DNA from: Mytilus trossulus
Lineage: Eukaryota
Direction of reading: 5' to 3'
Length of the DNA: 64,000 nucleotides
Assembly (NCBI RefSeq): GCF_036588685.1
Contig: NC_086377.1
Coordinates: 47,430,001-47,494,000 of the forward strand
Below, one piece after another: positions 41,674-55,034 of this stretch (the first letter of the stretch is position 1; every line of letters starts with the position of its first letter). The notes below the pieces were generated by a model. The model ran no database searches. It was not told the DNA's origin and was given only the letters and a program-made list of their open reading frames with translations. The translations under genes and the position numbers were made by a program.

Positions 41674-44664
41674 GAAATAAATAGTATCTGTTTGAATCAG
41701 CAATAAATAGTTTCTTAAGACATTTCCTCTTTTGAATTGTGCTAATTTTGAAATAGGACCATTTGAATCAGTGAATCACTTAAATATTGTTCTGATTAGA
41801 CTATTTACTGGATTACGACGGGTGCCACATGTGGAGCATGATCTGCTTACCATTCCGGAGCACCTGAGATCATCCCCCGTTTTTGGTGGGGTGTGTGTTG
41901 CTCAGTCTTAAGTTTTATATGTTGTTTTTTATGTACTATTATATTGTCTGTTTGTTTAATATTATTTCGATAGGGTTGTCAGTTTATTTTCGATTTATGA
42001 GTTTGACTGTTCCTCTGGTATCTTTCACCCCTCTTTTATGTTTATACTTATATGTTACAAAGAGTTTTTAAGAACTTTTCAGACTTGAACCAACAGCAAA
42101 CAGATATTTTTTTTTAAATGTAAGCCAAAAACCCGATTGATTTGTTGCATTGTTTTGATTTTAGGTTGATTGTTTTCAGTTTAATTACTAAAATTCAAAA
42201 ATTAATGTGATGATTCATTACAAATACTACGACAGGATTATTCTTTGATTAAAATCTGTTTTCCTCCATCTTCAATCTGTATACTTTTTTTTTAATGCAA
42301 GTTACCAGGAAATTGCATACACAAATTCCGGTTTCATCGGTCATTTCAAAATCACAATAATTTCTGAATTTGAAATAGACATGTATTTTTGTTCCGAGTA
42401 ATTCCATTTCAATTTCCAATTGCCATAATTTTATAAATCTGGAGAGATTATTTTACTTTGAAGAAGACGAAAGGGTTTTAAATTAAGATAGCACATATCA
42501 TTTCTTGTGACTGAAATGGAATTACTCTGTTTTTTTTTGTCTGAATCTGTTTATTTCCACTTTCTGTGGCAACATTCATGCATAATAAAAGATAAATAGT
42601 TAGATAATATATTTATTTATAAAATATAAATTAGTTTGAAGAGGATACTTAGATTTGTTGAGTGATACAATAAAAATGTACAGGTTTTGGTGAAAAAATC
42701 AAATAGCTTTATATAATTTAAATGTCAATTGTTTTGTAGAAATTTTATGAAATAGAATATTTAATAATTAATATTTTTACATTATTTTTACATTTTTCAT
42801 CTAATTTTTGTCTAAATTCTTGGAAAAAATACTGTTGTTTTATCATTGTGATAATGTCATAGCTATGCAAACTTGATTTTATTATATAAACTTGTATGGT
42901 ATTGTAATACAATGATTTTTTTCTCATTTCAGACCATTTCCGCCAAGGGGGTAACCTTATATGTGACTATTTTTACAACACTTATATTCAACTTACAGTT
43001 AAAATCTTGCCATATTTAGAAAGAGGAAGGCTGATTTAACATTTATAGGTAAGTAAAACAATTTTATTTCTTGTTTTCTGTTTTTAATTAAATAGGGTCA
43101 CTTTTTCTGAATTTTGTAAAAATGTTTGATTTTCAAAGTACATTACCATACCATTAAAAAATAGTCCAGACTGTTTTTCTAAGAGATAGAAAGAAACTGA
43201 CTAGAAATTTGGGCTTAGGACACCTTGTTTAGGGTAGAATACATTGTTTTATATGAGAAAATGATTTAAAAAAAAAAAAAGTGTTGTTGCTACATCATGG
43301 CTTAAATAAGTGTGACACTATTTACTAAAATCTTGCTTTCCTCAATGACAATTACCTTATATACTAGCAACTAAATTCACCCAAAAATTTAAAAATAATG
43401 CCTAATAACTTTGGGTAATACTCCTCCCTCTCGTTTAATAGCACGCAAAGACTAAAACAATTTCTCATATGCTTACTCTGTAAATGCAAGAGAGAGCTGA
43501 AATAGTTTTCATTGGACCACGCTCCATTATCAATCTTTGGATCTACTCATTTTTGGCCTTCCAAATACTTATGTAAATTTATAACTCAATTTTTATTTTA
43601 TAAACTATAAGATCATTACATGAGGCGAATGTCATTTTGATTGTTTTAAATATATATCCTCTTCTTTGAAAGCATTTATTTGTGGCCTTTGAATGTTGTC
43701 TGCTCCATGGGCGGGTTGTTGTTTTTTAGACACATACCCCATTTCCATTCTCAATTTTATTTGTAAACACATCTATCCTGGCTATCCTCTGATGTCTTTT
43801 GGTGTCAACTAGAATGAAAGTGTTTACTAGCCTTCAAAGTGGATACTCACATTTACAATTCACCAAATAAAAATATGTCAATAGATAGTCATAAGAGGAT
43901 CAATAAGAGGATCATAAGACATGTCCTGAGATATATCTTATGACAGGTCTTAGGAATGCTTCCTAATACCGACCCCTGGACATTAACTGTATCAAAAAAG
44001 GACAAAACACACTTACATGAAGGAATAATAAAAATATTATTTAGGTTAATAACATCTGTTGCAATAATAGAAATATATCCTTATTTTTCAATTTTGTACA
44101 AGTTGAAACCATTTTTAAGCAATATTTTGTACAGGTTATAACATGTACGAGGTACTTTTGTACATATGTTATAACTTGTATTTTTGCATTATACAAGTTA
44201 TAACATGCACAATATGTTTGTACATGTTATAACCTGTACAAAATCGCAACTTGTACACGACATATATATTAATTCATAATAGAAATATATCATAATGACA
44301 TATAGTAGACCAATATAATACTGACGGGATCTTTTAAATTACAGTCACGTAATAAGAAGAAAAGAAATACCAAAAGTCGCATATACAAAACAAACCACAA
44401 AAAATGAAAGTCAAGACAAACACATTGACGAGATGTTTCAGTACCGAGCCACGTTTTACATATATAGCTACACTAAGTAACAGTCAAGTATAATCATTTG
44501 GCAAACCGAGGCATTATTCTTGCAGCTGGACTTTTTGGTCCATGCCCTAAAAAATTAGATAGCTTGTTTTCCAGTATTCAAATTTTATTTAAATACTTAG
44601 GCATTAATAAAAATTATATACTTAATCATGAAGTGTGTAATTTTCATTGAAGCTAATATATTTA

Positions 44665-45000
44665 AATAATTCTGAAGACGAAGTAAAAAAAAACTATTTA
44701 ATGAAGACAAAGATATAAGGTCATGCGTTATTTAAAAAGAAATTAATAACCCAATTCCTGAATTAAAAAATGAAAGATGACCCAAGAAAGGAAACAAATA
44801 CCTTTCTGATACCATTATACAAAATTTTTCGGACTACGTGGTAGAAACGAACATCGGCAAATACAATTGGGAGATATTTTAATGAAGAAGGAACCTGTGT
44901 AAAACCGACAGTGTTTCTGAGAGACTTGCGAAAACTAATGATGGTCTCAATGAAAAAAGAATCGTAAAGATAAAACGTGAATGTTTGAAAAACAAATGTA
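44665..45000 (+). pseudogene. Crypton-type tyrosine recombinase (DUF3504/ZMYM-like) remnant
   Basis: SEDEVKK..., IIQNFFGLRGRNEHRQIQLGDI (44814-44879) and VSERLAKTNDG, broken by stops and frameshifts. Confidence 0.7.
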
Positions 45001-45359
45001 ATCGCTTTCCAATACTGCTCTTCAAAGAGTATCTTCTTCGACGTCCAGAAAATGTAATGTCATTTTACACTATTAACCAGAACAATGGTGCCAACATGTC
45101 ATAATTTAAATTTGATACGGAACAGATGACTGACAGGATAACAGAAGTTAAGTCATCTGAACAACATGAGGTGGAATTAAAATGTATATTGGAATTGTTA
45201 AAAGAGAGGAAAGACCATTATATATGTCAAATCAATGGTTAACAATCACCGATTTCAGCCGGAAAATTAGCGGTGGTTACCTGAGCGTTTTTTTATCAGT
45301 TAGACGCTTGTAACTAATGTAAATGTATGGCGGTCTCTAACGTTCTGACGTAAAACAAG

Positions 45360-47879
45360 ATGCCAACAAGATGTTGTGTCCCAGGATGTTCTGTGAGTGG
45401 TGGTCACAAATTCCCTTCAAATCCTGAGCTGTGTCTTAAGTGGAGGGTTGCCCTAAAAAGATCCGACCCCACCAAAGGTCTATGGAAACCGGGAAAGCAC
45501 GACATTGTTTGTCATCAACATTTTACAGTAAATGATTACAAGGAGACATTATTAGGTAAATTTTGTATGATCTACAGGTAGTTTATTTGCATTCTATTAC
45601 TCTTAAAATTATCGGCATGCATTATAATGTCAGTAGTTGGATTTTTAGTGACCAGAAAGTGTTTTTAGGGGGTGGAAGGTATAAATTTTTTATTTTTTTT
45701 TTAAGTAGCTTTGTATTGATATCAAAAGTTACATCAACTGTTCAAGCCTGTGTTTTACCTTTTCTATCACTATAATGTGTAATTTTTTTTATGAATAGTA
45801 TTTCTTAACACCTGTAAATTCATGTTCAAAGATCATGTATTGGGCACAATCATTATCACAGCTGACTGACATATTGTTTCTGAAAAAAAATATTGTTTTA
45901 GCATGAATTTTTGTGTTTTAAAGTTCGTGTTGCTTTGTGGTTTTGTTTTCCTTTTTTAGGAAGACTGCAAGTAAAGAGAATGTGAGTACAGCATTATTTA
46001 ATGATAGAATAATATCCTTATCTTTTTAATAATAATATGATCATACATGTACTGTAACAATCAATGGAAAATTGGGATTAAAATAATTTCAGATAAATAA
46101 AAAATAAATTAACTGTCAACTCCATAAATTGATGTTAATGAGAGTTACAAATGTATGTAAAAAATGTCAGTGGCTCATAATTTAAAATGAGCTGTTTGTT
46201 ATCAATGAGTTGTTTTATTACATGAAAGTATCCACTTCAGGTTTCATAAGGCACAAATTGAAATGATTTAAACCTAAGAAATTGCCAACCAACTCTACAT
46301 TGAATACATAAATTATAAAAATAAGCAATTATGCATGATAGTCAAATTACAGCTTCAGCTTTGAGCCTTGACTCACACAACAAAGTTACTTAATTTGTAA
46401 ATACATGTACCACCAATTATAGGTCACACCTGCAACATGGAGACTTGGTTTTTGCCATAGATAAACTTACTCAATGTCAGAGTGTGATTGGATGTGGAGC
46501 AAAGATTTCTTGTTTAACCCAATTAAATAAAATCTTAATAAGTCTTATTATTTATAAATGTATGTAAAGTAATACATGTATAGTGCTATCCCCACTGCAA
46601 TATAAACAAAAATAATGCAGAATACATGTACAATGTACATGTAGATGGTAGTTATATTGCCAAAATAAAAAAAAAATGGTTTCCAAGCACAAGTGTGCAA
46701 TATTTTTAAAATCAGTTTCATGCTTTGTTTCCAGGTGATCGAAGTAGACTAAAGGTAGATGCAGTACCATCAGTGTTTAGCTTTCGTCCCAAAATAAATA
46801 TTGTAAGCCCTAGAGCTTTAAGAATGCAATCTAGAAAAGCCATGAGTGTGGACACAGCTCTTAACCAAGGAGTACAACAAGAGGTTGAAATTGAGTCAAC
46901 ATCAAATAGTACTGATATTTCCTTACCTTCAGAGCCTGACGTACATGTACCCAAGGACATGCAGATCCAATGCGAGTTACTTGGTCGGTATTCGATTGAG
47001 AGGTTTATGGACAATCCAAAGGCAGTTTCATTTTATACAGGTTTTAAATCTTATGAACATTTTATGTTCTTATTCCATGCACTAGGTCCTGCTGCATATG
47101 AGCTCAAATACAAATGTTCAACCCTTCATCCATCGGATCAGCTTTTTATAACATTGATTAAACTTAGATGTGCCAAAGAAGATGTAGAGTTATCCTTGCT
47201 ATTTGATTTATCTGTTTCAACCATTGCTAGGATTTTTAATACCTGGATTAACTTCCTTTATTTTCAATTGAATGAATTAAATATTTGGCCATCAAGAGAC
47301 ATTGTTGATAAGCATATGCCAGTAGATTTTCATAGAAAATTTCCAAGGACGAGAGTTATTCTTGATGCTACCGAGATTCCTATCCAGAAATCTCAAGACG
47401 TTAACATTCAGAGTGTGACTTGGTCATCCTACAAGCACAAAAATACTGTGAAAACTATGGTCGGGTGTACCCCAAGAGGTGCTATATCCTATATTTCAGA
47501 CTGCTATGGGGGATCTACCAGTGACAGGCAGATTATTGAAGACTCAAGTCTTTTAGATAATACCAGGTTTGAATCTGGGGATAGTATAATGGCGGATCGA
47601 GGCATAATGGTTCAAGACCTCTTTGCAAACAACGATGTGTATGTTAATACGCCTACAATGCTGAAAGGAAAATCACAACTAGAGCCAGAAGAAATTGTGA
47701 GGGATAGACGTGTTGCATCCAAGCGTATCCATATAGAACGTGTTATAGGATTAGCCAAACGTTTTAAAATTCTTAAGTCCGAACTTCCAAACACCAAACT
47801 GTCATTAAATAACAGAATTGTATTTGTTTGTTTTGCATTGACAAATTTCAAAAATGCAATTGTTGATAAATTTGCCTAG
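45360..47879 (+). CDS. THAP-DDE (DDE_Tnp_4/HARBI1-like) transposase, exons 45360-45555 and 46735-47879, ~446 aa
   Basis: THAP motif MPTRCCVPGC...HKFP...W...VCHQHF...AVPSVF spans the intron. Catalytic ILDATE, MADRG and HIERVIG are present. Confidence 0.92.
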
Positions 47880-48251
47880 ATTTTCAAAGGGTCCCATTTT
47901 TATATTTATATTGTAATTTAACCAAAGATAGTAAAATTGGCCATATTTTCATAGTTCTAAAGTATACTCCTGAGATGTATCCACTAATTACAAAAAATGT
48001 AATTATACTTTTTAACTAATTTTGGCGTGTGATAAATACATGTATGACATTTTCGGTACCTAATGCTCTTATTTCTTTGAGTATGTTTAATTATTTTTTT
48101 ATCAAGTTCAGCATTATTGGAGGAAAAGAGGGGGGATGTCATGAATTGAGAATTATCCATAAAAAGAGGGGGGGGGGCTTCAATTGATTATAAATCAGAA
48201 GGGAGATAACAAATTAAAAAATATAAAGTCTCAATAATTTTATTAATTTTT

Positions 48252-51200
48252 TTATAGTATTGAGGCAATATATGGCCTAAAGTGTTTGGAGTAAAACAAT
48301 TCCAACTTTGGCAGCAGACAACCAACACAGTAGTCATGATTAATTCCAATTTTCTCAACAAAGAGGTCTTTGAATGTGTACACAATAAAATAACAATGTT
48401 CTCTATTTGATAAAAATAGTTGACCCTGAATTTGGTCATAATAGTTTGATGATTTTTTTAATGTTATATTGTTATCTTTGTCATATTCCAAGAAAGAAAA
48501 ATTAACACCTGGAACAATGCTCTCATCTCGTCCTGTATATGGACACTTCACCTCCACAACACAATCATCTCCAATTAAAGCGTCCGGGGAAGCTCCAAGA
48601 AATGGTTTGTCAGCAGATATAAACAGTCCACATGGTTGACATTTCATTTGAAACTTTTTTTCAAACTGTGTTATTGCCTTCTGCTCATACATTTTACCAT
48701 GCAATACAGACTTCACCTTTAAGAACTTTTGGGAACACAATGATTCACATAATTTTTGTATATTTCTCCTTGTGGTAATTTTTGAAATTTCTCCAAATCT
48801 AGATGCTGTAATCCTCCACTGTCTTAAATAAAACCATTTCTTATTGCTGGATTGTCCTCTTGACTCCTTTTCAGCCAATTTTGCCTGTTGTTCTGTAACC
48901 TAAAATAGTAGTGAAATCAGTATAAAATCTTGACGTTAAGAAATTTCCAGCCTGTAAATGAAGAAAGCAGTTTTTTTTAATTTTTATATAGTTAAAAGAT
49001 CTTAAAAGATTTCTAATATAGTTTATAAGATATATCTCATATAGTTTATAAGATATATCTCATATAGTTCATAAGATATCTCATAAAAATAATATATGAG
49101 ATATATCTTATAAACTATATTAAGATATTATAAACTACATAAGATATCCTATAAACTATGTAATATATCTTTAATATACACTATATAAGATATATTAGAC
49201 ATTATATAAGATATCTTATAAACTATGTATATGATATCTCATATAGTTTATAAGATATATATATATATATATATATAAAAGACATGTAAGATAAGATTTA
49301 TAAGATAACATAATTGATTATTTTTTATATATAAAGATATTTTATATAGTTTATAGGATATTTCATGAATTCAAGCAATCCTTTTTATTTTATTCAGAAA
49401 TAGAAACATTTATCCAATCATAAGATGTTTTTTTTTTATTGAAATACAAGTATTTTGGACCTAGGTACTGAATACACAGTCAATCATGTTTATAAAAGTG
49501 ACTATTCTGTTTTGAAAATTAAGTGAATAAAAACTGAATTATTTAGAGTACAACAATGATCAGTAAATTTTATGGTTAGTGGTACCCTATATGCTATATG
49601 AAAGCTGAATATTTCTTATTTAGTGCTTATGAATTGTTAAACTTTAGCGTAAAAATATTTAAGGGTTTTTATACATTAATATTTATTGTACATGACCAGA
49701 TATTTTGGAGTTTCCTTGTATTGGCAATGATTTACATATAAATTGATGAATCTTTCATCTTACCAGTAAAGCTCTATCGACCCAATATTCAGCAAATGGT
49801 AATGGCAGGTAGGCATGATCAAGCTGGGCAGTCTGAAATACAAATTCAAAACTATATTAAAGAAGCCATGTGCATATAAAATCAAACTACAATGCACATG
49901 ATTTGAATTATTTTTTAAACATGGAGTTATCTACCTTTGACTAACAAAATTTATATCGATATACTACATACATTGTATTACAGTGAATTTGACAATATGA
50001 AAACTCAAGGCTACTTGCTTTCTTTACTTGATATATAGTTTTTTGGATTATTTAATACCAGTTACTTAAATTTACAAGAACAGTGTCATGTTTAAAAATA
50101 GAAAGGCAAGGTAATTTTTCCAAAAATCAAGAACATGCAAACTTTTTGTCTTTATCATGTGTATGATTCAAATAGGTTTATTAATATATATGACTATGTG
50201 AGTGTATAAGTTGTTAATGTTGTTTATTGTTAATTTTATTCTTTGTATTACCTTAAATTTGTTAATTCTATTTAAAATTAAAATATTTTTCAAGTTTTTC
50301 TTGTTAACCTTAACTTCCATTGTACCTGTATATCAGCTGCAGGAAAAATATATCTCAGTGTAAGGTCTTGAGAAGATTGAGAGCAGAAGTTAATCATGGT
50401 GTTTCTGACATGGTCTGTAAACCCTTCCATATTTCTGTATTTCTGTGGTCTTGGGTCTTCTAATATTTCAGTTGGTTTTCTTTTAGCCAATTTTTCAATT
50501 TTCACTGGAGCACCTAAAATATTAAATAATTAAAAATGAACGAAAACAAGAGACAAAAACTCTAGTCAGAGGCATGGCGGAGATATTTTTTTCTGAACCT
50601 TGACATGTTTCCATATATATGTTTAACTTTTTAGAACAATAATGACATAAAACTTCTTGTACTGTTGATTTACGGTGGGACATAAGATATAAAGAAATGA
50701 AACTTGTTTATTCTCTCAATTCTTTGGTTGAAATAAATGGCTTTTACAGGACAGTCAGTTAAAAGAAGTTACCATTGTAATATGTCTTTGGTTGTTGAAA
50801 AGTTTGTAGACCTTCTGTACATGACTTCTGTATTGAAATTTCTCCAGTATTAGAAAAAACATCAGCCATTAACAGCACTGCAGCTACATGCTTGCAGGTG
50901 GCGTTGGGACCCTTTCCTGCTGGACATTCACACTTAGAATTAACTGGGCTGCCAGATTTGTCAAGTTTGATGTGATAGTTGTAAGTTACCTGCAAATAAA
51001 AAAAATAAGTGAAGCTTAATTTTAAAAACAAATCAGATGATTTTATTTGAGCATATATTGGTTTGGCAGAGCATTCACTCAATAAAAATAAACTGAAAGA
51101 GATATAATAATGGTTATTGAAAAAGTATTACAGAGTATAATCATGAAAATTGGAAAACATGAAGCAAAAATCAATAACACTTATTTCATCTTAGACATGG

Positions 51201-53019
51201 TTTGAGTTAAGCCTTTTTCATCTGATTTTTATGGTTCGTTCTTATGTTGTACTGTTATACCACTGTTTCAGGTTAGGGGAGGGATCGGATCCTGCCAAAA
51301 TTTTTAACCTAACCACATTTTTTATGTATATGCCTGACCCAAGTCTGTAATTCAGTGGTTGTCGTTTGTTTTTCAATCATTTTTTTATATAAACAAGGCT
51401 GCCAGTTTTCTCATTTGAATTGTTTCACATTGTCTTATGGGATACTTTTATAGCTGACTATGCAGTATGGGCTTTGCTCATTGTTGAAGGATGTACGGTG
51501 ACCTATAGTTGTTTATGTCTGTGTAATTTTGGTCTTTTGTGGATAGTTGTCTCATTGGAAATCATACCACATCTTCTTTTTTTTGTATTATTTTCTCAAA
51601 TAGAATATTCCACATTTAAGTTATAACACACGTTATATAAATGTTATAAGGATGGGACAAAACTGTTAATGATGCAAACCTGTTTTTTCATGGCTGCCCC
51701 AACAATACCACTTAGGAAAATACCATCAACAAGGATAAGTACAGAACAAGCTAAGATTTTTTTCGCTTGTAGTAAATCTCTGCCTTTCTCCAATGCCTTT
51801 ATGTCGCCATTCACCTGCTTATCACCTGTAAAAATAACAACATATATAAATAATATATAAATGATTTTAGGATTTTTAAATGAACATTTACTGGTGACAA
51901 TTACAGAATTGTTTTAATATGGACGCCACTTTATTTTCAAAATGGTATTTTATATAGTTCGACTAAATCAAAATCTATCATTATGTACCTTGTTTAAACA
52001 CTTTTAAAATTTATTTACATTATGAGACATGATTGGCAAATGCAATATGTTTGTTTGGTAACTTTCACTTTAAAATACTTTACCACCATGGAGATACTAA
52101 CCTGCTAATCTAAATAAAAAATAGCCATCAATTTGCTCTCTGGTTACTTTAGAAAATACCAATCTGTGATCTGCTATAAGCTGCTTATATCCATGTTTTG
52201 GCCATTCTATGTCTGTAGCTTCTGGAATTTCTATGAGGGGTGGTTTGAAGTTGTGATTTCTGTCATATGCAACCAGTCTATAAGCATAATTATTAGTGTG
52301 TGAATTCAAAATTAAAACAATTTATTTCTATGTAATAATTAGGACATTTAAAAGGATTTTTTTTTATTTGGTTAAACTTTTGTTGCGAAGAATTTTAAAA
52401 TATTTTATTATATTGATACTGTATCATACAGTATAAAAACAAGGATTTTTTTTGCATGTTATTGTTTTGTTTATAAGTTTCACAGGCCCTTGATTCTTTC
52501 ACTTTCTATCCATGTTATTTAATAATATAAGAACATGGAAAGTAGACCTTCCAACTAATAGAAATAAGTGCATGTGATAAGATTGTTCTATATTTCAACT
52601 TAATCAAATTGTTAAAAAAAGTACCCCTTTTAAGACCAAAAAAAAAAGAAAAACGATTGACAAAATATCAATTCCAATTAAACAAAATTATACTTCAGAC
52701 ATTTCCGCTTCTTTTGGTGCCAAGTTCATCAAAATCTAACATGGAATACCAAAAAAATATACTTTATATGAAATGTATACAACAACTAAAAATTGACTAT
52801 TACGTTTGTAAGTTATGACGTTTTTTCCACATACTCACTGTACTTAGGCAGACTTTAAAGTCGTTAGTATCCCATAAAATATTGTGCATTTGACATGATT
52901 TAAGTCATCATATACCTATCAATCAGATCTGCCTTTCTGCCTGTGATTACTGCACCCTTAATACTCAGTTCTGCCTTCAATTTCGGGACGGTCCACAGAC
53001 GGTATTTTGCCGCCGCCAT
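48252..53019 (-). CDS. SAP-SWIM-YqaJ (lambda exonuclease-like) protein, 7 exons (53019-52916, 52277-52102, 51825-51680, 50989-50773, 50513-50326, 49832-49764, 48899-48252), ~515 aa
   Basis: All junctions are GT/AG with matching phases. SAP WTVPKLKAELSIKGAVITGRKADLIDRL; SWIM CECPAG...CKH; YqaJ RITASRFG, HG-x-x-YE, GASPD, EVKCP, YYDQIQGQL. Confidence 0.88.
49000..49370. repeat. AT-rich fold-back minisatellite in the last intron of the YqaJ gene
   Basis: ATAGTTTATAAGATATATCTC occurs in direct and inverted copies, plus a (TA)n run. Confidence 0.7.
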
Positions 53020-54040
53020 AGTTTACATTAGATACAAGCGTCTCATTGAAAATAAAACGCACGCGTAACCACCGCTAACGTTTATGCGGATCCGACTTGT
53101 AAAATTACGTGATTGTTAACCATTGTGAAACATTATATAAAATGGTGAATTTAGAGCTGAAATCTTTCGTAACTACACCAACAGTTTTTCCTGTTGAATC
53201 AAGCAAAATCTTAGTAACATTGGTAACAATTTCATTTACACTAGTTTAGGTAGGGAAAACAGTCCGCACACCTAGAACTACAACTATTTCACTAGCCAGC
53301 AAAATGACACCCAAAACAAGTCTAATGATGGGTGTGACACAAACTACAAATTCATCAGTTGCTGCACAAACCAGTTTGACAGTTACTGTCTCTGTTATTA
53401 TAAAATTTATGAGCATAAAAAACAATATGATAGTAATGATTACCTCTATTTGTTTATATGAACTGATTTCTTAATAGAATACCAATAAGAGAATATTGTA
53501 AATGTTATATTTCCATTGAACATTTAGTTTTAAAGAAATAATGTGGAGAAAAAAAGTAACCATTCAAAATTCAAAGAAATTATATCAATCTAACAATTGA
53601 AAACTGTAACTATATCTCTGAATTTAATATAAAAAATAAAATTTGGCATAACAAAAGACTAGAATGGTATTCCTTGACCTTCACTAAAAATCATGGTAAT
53701 AGAGCATGTGGACTGCAAACAAACTTTGAATCTCCACTGTTTATATATCTAATACAAAATGAAAGAAGTACACTTGTTTGAAGTTCAGTTGCTTGCTCCA
53801 ATTCACTCTTTCGGCTAAAGAATGTATGTAATAAGTTTGTTTCGCCTGTATTAACTGCTTTCCTTTAACTGCCTGCGAGTTTCATTTCAATTCCCAATTT
53901 TCGCTTTAAACCTTTTTGAATGTTCTCAGAGGTTCCCTTTTTGCTTGCTTTTTTACTTGTAGAAGGCCCAAACCTTTCTTCAAACTTGTTTTAAAGACTT
54001 TGTATATTTTCATTATTTTTTTTATAAAGGAGCATATAAG

Positions 54041-54580
54041 GGATCAATAATCACTGAACGCAGCGTCCACAACCAAATAATAGAGCGGTTGTGGCGCGAC
54101 TTATTCCAGTCATGCACAAACGTCTTTTACCAACTATTTTATTTCTTGGAAAAACACCATATCCTTGTCGAAACAAGCGAGCTACATTGATGGTGCCTAC
54201 ATTATGTGTTCGTACCGCGAATCCGGGCAGCACTCCGAGTATTCAAAGAAGGTTGGAATAACCATAGTTTAACATCAGCAGGAGGAAAATCCCCAAAGCA
54301 GTTATTCGTAATGGGAGTATTAAGGCAAGCGTGGGATTGATGACCTTTTCCACTATGATGAAGAGATCACGGACATTGATATAGAAAACTATGGAATTGA
54401 CTGGGCAGGCCCTATGCCTTAAATTAGAAATGATACGGTTTCGATCCCAATGATTAGTTGCCCAATCAATGATGCAAACTTTGCACAGTTGAGACGGGAA
54501 ATCAATCCTTTGAAAGAACCAAACGGACTTGGTAAAGATATATTTTTGCGTACACTTGCGTTTTGTTCAGTTAGATTGTT
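54041..54580 (+). pseudogene. IS3EU-type (integrase-like) transposase C-terminal remnant
   Basis: SVHNQIIERLWRDLF...L*WCLHYVF-x-PRI...F-x-x-GWNNH-x-L...SPKQL...YGIDWAGP...INPL...G-x-DIF, with stops. Confidence 0.75.
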
Positions 54581-55034
54581 AAATCAAATACAGTTTTGTT
54601 TTCCTTTATCATTTTTATGATGTTGAAGTATATTGAAGATCGTGAAATATCATTTTAAAGTTGTGAAAATGTCTTATTTGTGAAAAATCTCCTATTGCTA
54701 AATAATGCATAGTATCGGTTCTTTCTATATCAAAACTTGAGTGGTTTTTAATTCCAGTTTCAAATTTTTACTTGTACAAAGTTCAACCAGGTTAATTTTT
54801 CCCTTAAATTTCAAATTTTCAAAACAAGAAGTAAATAGGACTTTCACTTAATTTTAAAATGGATGACCTTTTTTCATATTTAAAATATTTGAAGTTCTGT
54901 GGTATGATCTACATTATTACGATGCCATCATTTAAAACTAGTCCGACACACGTCATCGACTGTTTATTGTTGAGTTATTCTGTAACACCTCTAATTCGTG
55001 CCCGGACAGAAAGTAGAAAATAGTACATATTTAA

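Larger units (their letters stand above)
35731..44262 (+). mobile_element. 8.5-kb TIR DNA transposon (TGT...ACA, 6-bp TATATA duplication) encoding a hAT-like transposase-Spindlin fusion
   Basis: ~170-bp TIRs TGTCGTGTACAAGTTGC... / ...GCAACTTGTACACGACA built from TGTACA/GTTATAAC sub-repeats. It interrupts an interspersed repeat that runs ~35110-35730 and resumes at 44263. Confidence 0.88.
45237..53121. mobile_element. Complete ISL2EU (PIF/Harbinger-ISL2EU-Spy group) DNA transposon
   Basis: AT|GGTTAACAATCAC ... GTGATTGTTAACC|AT, with imperfect inverted repeats of ~100 bp and two convergent intact genes. Confidence 0.92.

Noticed and set aside
48252-48878. Prophage or viral recombinase / bacterial contamination
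   Set aside because: It is the last exon of a spliced gene inside ISL2EU TIRs.
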